From the NCBI GenBank assembly GCA_964016885.1, contig OZ024745.1:65348001-65412000 (forward strand): 64,000 bases of DNA, written 5' to 3'. Below, piece after piece: positions 55,490 to 64,000 of the stretch (position 1 is the first letter of the stretch; every line of letters starts with the position of its first letter). Source of the DNA: Eledone cirrhosa. Taxonomy: Eukaryota. Below the pieces are notes generated by a model. It worked only from the letters and a program-made list of their open reading frames with translations, was not told where the DNA came from and did not search any database. Position numbers and translations under genes: made by a program.

Positions 55490-58400
55490 TATTTGGGTGA
55501 TCCATTTTTTATTTGGGGGATCCATTTTTTATTTGGGTGATCCCTTTTTTATTTGGGGGATCCATTTTTTATTTGGGTGATCCATTTTTTATTTGGGGGA
55601 TCCATTTTTTATTTGGGGGATTCATTTTTTATTTGGGTGATCCATTTTTTATTAGGGGGATCCATTTTTTATTTGGGTGATCCATTTTTATTTGGAGATC
55701 CATTTTTTATTTAGGTGATCCATTTTATAATTGGGTGATCCATTTTTTATTTGGGGGATCCATTTTTTATTTGGAGGATCCATTATTTATTTGGGTGATC
55801 CATTTTTTATTTGGGTGATCCATTTTTTATTTGGGTGATCCATTTTTTATTTGGGTTGATCCCTTTTTTATTTGGGGGATCCATTTTTTATTTGGGTGAT
55901 CCATTTTTTATTTTGGGGATCCATTTTTTATTTGGGTGATCCATTTTTTATTTGGGTGATCCATTTTTTATTTGGGGGATCCATTTTTTATTTGGGTGAT
56001 CCATTTTTTATTTGGGTGATCCATTTTTTATTTGAGGGACCCATTTTATATTTGGGTGATCCATTTTTTATTTGGGTGATCCATTTTTTATTTGGGGGAT
56101 TCATTTTTTATTTGGGGGATCCATTTTTTATTTGGGGGATCCATTTTTTATTTGGGGGATCCATTTTTTATTTCGGGGATCCATTTTTTATTTGGGTGAT
56201 TCATTTTTTATTTTGGGGATCCATTTTTTATTTGGGTGATCCATTTTTTTTATTTGGGGGTCCATTTTTTATTTGGGTGATCCATTTTTTATTTGGGTGA
56301 TCCATTTTTTAATTGGGTGATCCATTTTTATTTGGGTGATCCATTTTTTACTTGGGGGATCCATTTTTTATTTGGGTGATCCATTTTTTATTTTGCTGAT
56401 TCATTTTTTATTTGGGTGATCCATTTTTTATTTGGAGGATCCATTTTTTATTTGGGTGAACCATTTTTTATTTGGGGGATCCATTTTTTATTTGGGTGAT
56501 CCATTTTTTATTTGGGTGATCCATTTTTTATTTGGGGGATCCATGTTTTATTTGGGTGATCCATTTTTTATTTGGGTGATCCATTTTTTATTTGGGGGAT
56601 CCATTTTTTATTTGGGGGATCCATTTTTTATTTGGGTGATCCATTTTTATTTGGAGATCCATTTTGTATTTGGGTGATCCATTTTGTATTTGGGGGATCC
56701 ATTTTTTAATTGGGTGATCCATTTTTTATTTGGGGGATCCATTTTTTATTTGGGGGATCCATTTTTTATTTGGGGGATCCATTGTTTATTTGGGTGATCC
56801 ATTTTTTATTTGGGTGATCCATTTTTTATTTGGGGGATCCATTTTTTATTTGGGGGATCCATTTTTTATTTGGGTGATCCATTTTTTATTTGGGTGATCC
56901 ATTTTTTATTTGGGGGATCCATTTTTTATTTGGGGGATCCATTTTTTATTTGGTTGATCCATTTTTTATTAGGGGGATCCATATTTTATTTGGGTGATCC
57001 ATTTTAATTTGGAGATCCATTTTTTGTTTAGGTGATCCATTTTATAATTGGGTGATCCATTTTTTATTTGGGGGATCCATTTTTTATTTGGGGGATCCAT
57101 TATTTATTTGGGTGATGCATTTTTTATTTGGGTGATCCATTTTTTATTTGGGTGATCCATTTTTTATTTGGGTGATCCATTTTTTATTTGGGTGATCCAT
57201 TTTTTATTTGGGGGATCCATTTTTTATTTGGGTGATCCATTTTTTATTTGGGTGATCCATTTTTTATTTGAGGGATCCATTTTATATTTGGGTGATCCAT
57301 TTTTTATATGGGTGATCCATTTTTTATTTGGGGGATCCATTTTTCATTTGGGGGATCCATTTTTTATTTGGGGGATCCATTTTTTATTTGGGGGATCCAT
57401 TTTTTATTTCGGGGATCCATTTTTTATTTGGGTGATTCATTTTTTATTTGGGGGATCCATTTTTTATTTGGGTAATCCATTTTTTTTATTTGGGGGTCCA
57501 TTTTTTATTTGGGTGATCCATTTTTTATTTGGATGATCCATTTTTTAATTGGGTGATCCATTTTTATTTGGGTGATCCATTTTTTACTTGGGGGATGCAT
57601 TTTTTATTTGGGTGATCCATTTTTTATTTTGCTGATTCATTTTTTATTTGGGTGATCCATTTTTTATTTGGGGGATCCATTTTTTATTTGGGTGAACCAT
57701 TTTTTATTTGGGAGATCCATTTTTTATTTGGGTGATCCATTTTTTATTTGGGTGATCCATTTTTTATTTGGGGGATCCATTTTTTATTTGGGTGATCCAT
57801 TTTTTATTTGGGTGATCCATTTTTTATTTGGGGGATCCATTTTTTATTTGGGGGATCCATTTTTTATTTGGGTGATCCATTTTTATTTGGAGATCCATTT
57901 TGTATTTGGGGGATCCATTTTTATTTGGGTGATCCATTTTTTATTTGGGGGATCCATTTTTTATTTGGGTGATCCCTTTTTTATTTGGGGGATCCATTTT
58001 TTATTTGGGTGATCCATTTTTTATTTGGGGGATCCATTTTTTATTTGGGGGATTCATTTTTTATTTGGGTGATCCATTTTTTATTAGGGGGATCCATTTT
58101 TTATTTGGGTGATCCATTTTTATTTGGAGATCCATTTTTTATTTAGGTGATCCATTTTATAATTGGGTGATCCATTTTTTATTTGGGGGATCCATTTTTT
58201 ATTTGGAGGATCCATTATTTATTTGGGTGATCCATTTTTTATTTGGGTGATCCATTTTTTAGTTGGGTGATCCATTTTTTATTTGGGTTGATCCCTTTTA
58301 TATTTGGGGGATCCATTTTTTATTTGGGTGATCCATTTTTTATTTTGGGGATCCATTTTTTATTTGGGTGATCCATTTTTTATTTGGGTGATCCATTTTT

Positions 58401-59620
58401 TATTTGGGGGATCCATTTTTTATTTGGGTGATCCATTTTTTATTTGGGTGATCCATTTTTTATTTGAGGGACCCATTTTATATTTCGGTGATCCATTTTT
58501 TATTTGGGTGATCCATTTTTTATTTGGGGGATTCATTTTTTATTTGGGGGATCCATTTTTTATTTGGGGGATCCATTTTTTATTTGGGGGATCCATTTTT
58601 TATTTCGGGGATCCATTTTTTATTTGGGTGATTCATTTTTTATTTGGGGGATCCATTTTTTATTTGGGTGATCCATTTTTTTTATTTGGGGGTCCATTTT
58701 TTATTTGGGTGATCCATTTTTTATTTGGGTGATCCATTTTTTAATTGGGTGATCCATTTTTATTTGGGTGATCCATTTTTTACTTGGGGGATCCATTTTT
58801 TATTTGGGTGATCCATTTTTTATTTTGCTGATTCATTTTTTATTTGGGTGATCCATTTTTTATTTGGAGGATCCATTTTTTATTTGGGTGAACCATTTTT
58901 TATTTGGGGGATCCATTTTTTATTTGGGTGATCCATTTTTTATTTGGGTGATCCATTTTTTATTTGGGGGATCCATGTTTTATTTGGGTGATCCATTTTT
59001 TATTTGGGTGATCCATTTTTTATTTGGGGGATCCATTTTTTATTTGGGGGATCCATTTTTTATTTGGGTGATCCATTTTTATTTGGAGATCCATTTTGTA
59101 TTTGGGTGATCCATTTTGTATTTGGGGGATCCATTTTTTAATTGGGTGATCCATTTTTTATTTGGGGGATCCATTTTTTATTTGGGGGATCCATTTTTTA
59201 TTTGGGGGATCCATTGTTTATTTGGGTGATCCATTTTTTATTTGGGTGATCCATTTTTTATTTGGGGGATCCATTTTTTATTTGGGGGATCCATTTTTTA
59301 TTTGGGTGATCCATTTTTTATTTGGGTGATCCATTTTTTATTTGGGGGATCCATTTTTTATTTGGGGGATCCATTTTTTATTTGGTTGATCCATTTTTTA
59401 TTAGGGGGATCCATATTTTATTTGGGTGATCCATTTTAATTTGGAGATCCATTTTTTGTTTAGGTGATCCATTTTATAATTGGGTGATCCATTTTTTATT
59501 TGGGGGATCCATTTTTTATTTGGGGGATCCATTATTTATTTGGGTGATGCATTTTTTATTTGGGTGATCCATTTTTTATTTGGGTGATCCATTTTTTATT
59601 TGGGTGATCCATTTTTTATT
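55490..59620. repeat. Tandem duplication with period 2432 bp, homologous to the 2.4-kb duplication at the window start
   Basis: 55872/58304, 56432/58864 and 56810/59242 are all offset 2432. Offsets to the window start are 54806 (469/55275, 1066/55872, 2362/57168) and 54846 (3458/58304, 4396/59242). Confidence 0.87.
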
Positions 59621-62556
59621 TGGGTGATCCATATTTTATTTGGGGGATCCATTTTTTATTTGGGTGATCCATTTTTTATTTGGGTGATCCATTTTTTAGT
59701 TGGGTGGTCCATTTTTTATTTGGGTGATCCACTTTTTATTTGGGGGATCCATTTTTTATTTGGGTGATCCATTTTTTATTTGGGGATCCATTTTTTATTT
59801 GGGTGATCCATTTTTTATTTGGGTGATCCATTTTTTATTTGGGGGATCCATTTTTTATTTGGGTGATCCATTTTTTATTTGGGGATCCATTTTTTATTTG
59901 GGTGATCCATTTTTTATTTGGGTGATTCATTTTTTATTTGGGGGATCCATTTTTTATTTGTGTGATCCATTTTTTATTTGGGGGTGCATTTTTTATTTGG
60001 GGGATCCATTTTTATTTGGGTGATCCATTTTTTATTTGGGGGATCCATTTTTTATTTGGGTGATCCATTTTTTATTTGGGTTGATCCCTTTTTTATTTGG
60101 GGGATCCATTTTTTATTTGGGTGATCCATTTTTTATTTGGGGGATCCATTTTTTATTTGGGGGATCCATTTTTTATTTGGTTGATCCATTTTTTATTAGG
60201 GGGATCCATTTTTTATTTGGGTGATCCATTTTAATTTGGAGATCCATTTTTTGTTTAGGTGATCCATTTTATAATTGGGTGATCCATTTTTTATTTGGGG
60301 GATCCATTTTTTATTTGGGGGATCCATTATTTATTTGGGTGATCCATTTTTTATTTGGGTGATCCATTTTTTATTTGGGTGATCCATTTTTTATTTGGGT
60401 GATCCATTTTTTATTTGGGTGATCCATTTTTTATTTGGGGGATCCATTTTTTATTTGGGTGATCCATTCTTTATTTGGGTGATCCATTTTTTATTTGAGG
60501 GATCCATTTTATATTTGGGTGATCCATTTTTTATTTGGGTGATCCATTTTTTATTTGGGGGATCCATTTTTTATTTGGGGGATCCATTTTTTATTTGGGG
60601 GATCCATTTTTTATTTGGGGGATCCATTTTTTATTTCGGGGATCCATTTTTTATTTGGGTGATTCATTTTTTATTTGGGGGATCCATTTTTTATTTGGAT
60701 GATCCATTTTTTATTTGGGTGATCCATTTTTTATTTGGGTGATCCATTTTTTATTTGGGGGATCCATTTTTTATTTGGGGGATCCATTTTTTATTTGGGT
60801 GATCCATTTTTATTTGGAGATCCATTTTGTATTTGGGTGATCCATTTTTTAATTGGGTGATCCATTTTTTATTTGGGTGATCCATTTTTTATTTGGGGGA
60901 TCCTTTTTTTATTTGGGTGATCCATTTTTTATTTGGGTGGTCCATTTTTTATTTGGGTGATCCATTTTTTATTTGGGGGATCCATTTTTTATTTGGGTGA
61001 TCCATTTTTCATTTGGGGATCCATTTTTTATTTGGGTGATCCATTTTTTATTTGGGTGATCCATTTTTTATTTGGGGGATACATTTTTTATTTGGGTGAT
61101 CCATTTTTTATTTGGGGGATCCATTTTTTATTTGGCTGATCCCTTTTTTATTTGGGGGATCCATTTTTTATTTGGGTGATCCATTTTTTATTTGGGGGAT
61201 CCATTTTTTATTTGGGGGATCCATTATTTATTTGGGTGATGCATTTTTTATTTGGGTGATCCATTTTTTATTTGGGTGATCCATTTTTTATTTGGGTGAT
61301 CCATTTTTTATTTGGGTGATCCATTTTTTATTTGGGGGATCCATTTTTTATTTGGGTGATCCATTTTTTATTTGGGTGATCCATTTTTTATTTGAGGGAT
61401 CCATTTTATATTTGGGTGATCCATTTTTTATATGGGTGATCCATTTTTTATTTGGGGGATCCATTTTTTATTTGGGGGATCCATTTTTTATTTGGGGGAT
61501 CCATTTTTTATTTGGGGGATCCATTTTTTATTTCGGGGATCCATTTTTTATTTGGGTGATTCATTTTTTATTTGGGGGATCCATTTTTTATTTGGGTAAT
61601 CCATTTTTTTTATTTGGGGGTCCATTTTTTATTTGGGTGATCCATTTTTTATTTGGATGATCCATTTTTTAATTGGGTGATCCATTTTTATTTGGGTGAT
61701 CCATTTTTTACTTGGGGGATGCATTTTTTATTTGGGTGATCCATTTTTTATTTTGCTGATTCATTTTTTATTTGGGTGATCCATTTTTTATTTGGGGGAT
61801 CCATTTTTTATTTGGGTGAACCATTTTTTATTTGGGAGATCCCTTTTTTATTTGGGTGATCCATTTTTTATTTGGGTGATCCATTTTTTATTTGGGGCAT
61901 CCATTTTTTATTTGGGTGATCCATTTTTTATTTGGGTGATCCATTTTTTATTTGGGGGATCCATTTTTTATTTGGGGGATCCATTTTTTATTTGGGTGAT
62001 CCATTTTTATTTGGAGATCCATTTTGTATTTGGGTGATCCATTTTTTAATTGGGTGATCCATTTTTTATTTGGGTGATCCATTTTTTATTTGGGTGGTCC
62101 ATTTTTTATTTGGGTGATCCATTTTTTATTTGGGGGATCCATTTTTTATTTGGGTGATCCATTTTTTATTTGGGGATCCATTTTTTATTTGGGTGATCCA
62201 TTTTTTATTTGGGTGATCCATTTTTTATTTGGGGGATCCATTTTTTATTTGGGTGATCCATTTTTTATTTGGGGGGGTCCATTTTTTATTTGGGGGATCC
62301 ATTTTTATTTGGGTGATCCATTTTTTATTTGGGGGATCCATTTTTTATTTGGGGGATCCATTTTTTATTTGGGGGATCCATTTTTTATTTGGGTGATCCA
62401 TTTTTTATTTGGGGGATCCATTTTTTATTTGGGGGATTCATTTTTTATTTGGGTGATCCATTTTTTATTAGGGGGATCCATTTTTTATTTGGGTGATCCA
62501 TTTTTATTTGGAGATCCATTTTTTATTTAGGTGATCCATTTTATAATTGGGTGATC

Positions 62557-64000
62557 CATTTTTTATTTGGGGGATCCATTTTTTATTTGGGGGATCCATT
62601 ATTTATTTGGGTGATCCATTTTTTATTTGGGTGATCCATTTTTTATTTGGGTGATCCATTTTTTATTTGGGTGATCCATTTTTTATTTGGGGGATCCATT
62701 TTTTATTTGGGTGATCCATTTTTTATTTGGGGGATCCATTTTTTATTTGGGTGATCCATTTTTTATTTGGGTGATCCATTTTTTATTTGGGGGATCCATT
62801 TTTTATTTGGGTGATCCATTTTTTATTTGGGTGATCCATTTTTTATTTGGGTGATCCATTTTTTATTTGGGGGATCCATTTTTTATTTGGGGGATCCATT
62901 TTTTATTTGGGTGATCCTTTTTTATTTGGAGATCCATTTTGTATTTGGGTGATCCATTTTTTAATTGGGTGATCCATTTTTTATTTGGGTGATCCATTTT
63001 TTATTTGGGGGATCCATTTTTTATTTGGGTGATCCATTTTTTATTTGGGTGGTCCATTTTTTATTTGGGTGATCCATTTTTTATTTGGGGGATCCATTTT
63101 TTATTTGGGTGATCCATTTTTTATTTGGGGATCCATTTTTTATTTGGGTGATCCATTTTTTATTTGGGTGATCCATTTTTTATTTGGGGGATACATTTTT
63201 TATTTGGGTGATCCATTTTTTATTTGGGGGGTCCATTTTTTATTTGGGGGATCCATTTTTATTTGGGTGATCCATTTTTTATTTGGGGGATCCATTTTTT
63301 ATTTGGGTGATCCCTTTTTTATTTGGGGGATCCATTTTTTATTTGGGTGATCCATTTTTTATTTGGGGGATCCATTTTTTATTTGGGGGATTCATTTTTT
63401 ATTTGGGTGATCCATTTTTTATTAGGGGGATCCATTTTTTATTTGGGTGATCCATTTTTATTTGGAGATCCATTTTTTATTTAGGTGATCCATTTTATAA
63501 TTGGGTGATCCATTTTTTATTTGGGGGATCCATTTTTTATTTGGAGGATCCATTATTTATTTGGGTGATCCATTTTTTATTTGGGTGATCCATTTTTTAT
63601 TTGGGTGATCCATTTTTTATTTGGGTTGATCCCTTTTTTATTTGGGGGATCCATTTTTTATTTGGGTGATCCATTTTTTATTTTGGGGATCCATTTTTTA
63701 TTTGGGTGATCCATTTTTTATTTGGGTGATCCATTTTTTATTTGGGGGATCCATTTTTTATTTGGGTGATCCATTTTTTATTTGGGTGATCCATTTTTTA
63801 TTTGAGGGACCCATTTTATATTTGGGTGATCCATTTTTTATTTGGGTGATCCATTTTTTATTTGGGGGATTCATTTTTTATTTGGGGGATCCATTTTTTA
63901 TTTGGGGGATCCATTTTTTATTTGGGGGATCCATTTTTTATTTCGGGGATCCATTTTTTATTTGGGTGATTCATTTTTTATTTGGGGGATCCATTTTTTA
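62557..64000. repeat. Near-identical copy of window positions about 1-1424 (offset 62576)
   Basis: ORF 469..774 is identical to 63045..63350. The TTTCGGGG marker lies at 1368 and 63944. The GATCCTTTT+GGAGATCC, GGAGGATCC, GGGTTGATCCC and GAGGGACCC variants occur in the same order. Confidence 0.88.

Larger units (their letters stand above)
1..64000. repeat. Satellite DNA array, 20-bp monomer CATTTTTTATTTGGG(G/T)GATC, about 3,200 tandem copies, single orientation, truncated by both window edges
   Basis: Seen directly: positions 1-20 are cattttttatttgggggatc and 61-80 are cattttttatttgggtgatc. The unit continues to base 64000 with only point variants and 1-2 bp homopolymer indels. No non-repeat insert was seen. 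Confidence 0.99.
1..64000. repeat. Higher-order repeat of about 1.2-1.3 kb (about 60 monomers) defined by ordered variant monomers, with many truncated or rearranged copies
   Basis: The marker pair TTTCGGGGATCC followed by GGGTGATTC occurs about 42 times by eye (1368, 2604, 3760, 4994, 6289 ... 46618, 47816, 49092 ... 56174, 57410, 58606 ... 63944). Common spacings are 1156-1295 bp. Other variants (TTTTGCTGATTC, GTGAACC, TTGGAGATCC+TTTTGTATT, GGTGGTCC, TTAGGGGG, TTTAGGTG+TTTTATAATT, CATTATTT, TTTGAGGG+TTTTATATT) keep the same cyclic order. Confidence 0.88.

Noticed and set aside
469-63350. All listed + strand ORFs (60-182 aa, GDPFFIWVIHFLFGGSIFYL repeats), which look like hydrophobic repeat proteins
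   Set aside because: They are translations of the 20-bp repeat. They start at TTG/GTG inside monomers (the + consensus has no ATG), occur in all three frames, and mostly end when a T-type monomer puts TGA in frame. Frequent 1-bp indels show no frame conservation.
1-64000. CRISPR array
   Set aside because: The repeats are directly adjacent, with no unique spacers, leader or cas genes.
1-64000. Minus-strand 18-codon micro-ORFs (MDPPNKKWIPQIKNGSPK-like)
   Set aside because: They follow automatically from one ATG and one TAA per monomer. The same TAA explains why there are no long minus-strand ORFs. There is no evidence of expression.
1-64000. Bacterial iteron, parS or Dam/SeqA GATC array
   Set aside because: Such arrays have a few to tens of copies next to rep or par genes. 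Here there are thousands of copies and no genes in the window.
1-64000. G/T string as synthetic data storage or a biological code
   Set aside because: The pattern is highly redundant and is explained by nested duplications with natural-looking point mutations. No adapters, indices or framing are present.
1-64000. Transposon insertions, inversions, hairpin terminators, tRNA or rRNA
   Set aside because: I saw no non-satellite sequence and no reverse-orientation monomer. The only regular palindromes are GATC and GGATCC, which are too short for stable hairpins.

Overview
The whole 64 kb window is one uninterrupted, head-to-tail satellite array of a 20-bp monomer, consensus CATTTTTTATTTGGG(G/T)GATC (about 3,200 copies, about 30-35% GC, + strand about half T). 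It runs off both ends in a single orientation. I see no unique sequence, credible gene, RNA gene, transposon or CRISPR array. Every listed ORF is a translation of the repeat: 3 monomers = 60 bp = the 20-aa pattern GDPFFIWVIHFLFGGSIFYL. The informative signal is in the monomer variants. There is a common G/T dimorphism at one position, and rare diagnostic variants recur in a fixed order, defining an ancestral higher-order unit of about 1.2-1.3 kb (about 60 monomers). Nested on this unit are near-identical tandem duplications of about 0.1-0.5, 2.4, 2.9, 3.83, 4.16, 8.45, 9.67 and 11.0-11.6 kb, and the window start recurs about 54.8 kb and about 62.6 kb downstream. This fits a recently amplified, probably eukaryotic heterochromatic (centromeric or subtelomeric) satellite. 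I cannot name the family or organism, and I cannot support a novel protein-based system here. Offsets come from matching ORF-track signatures and variant monomers by eye; breakpoints are approximate to within a few monomers.
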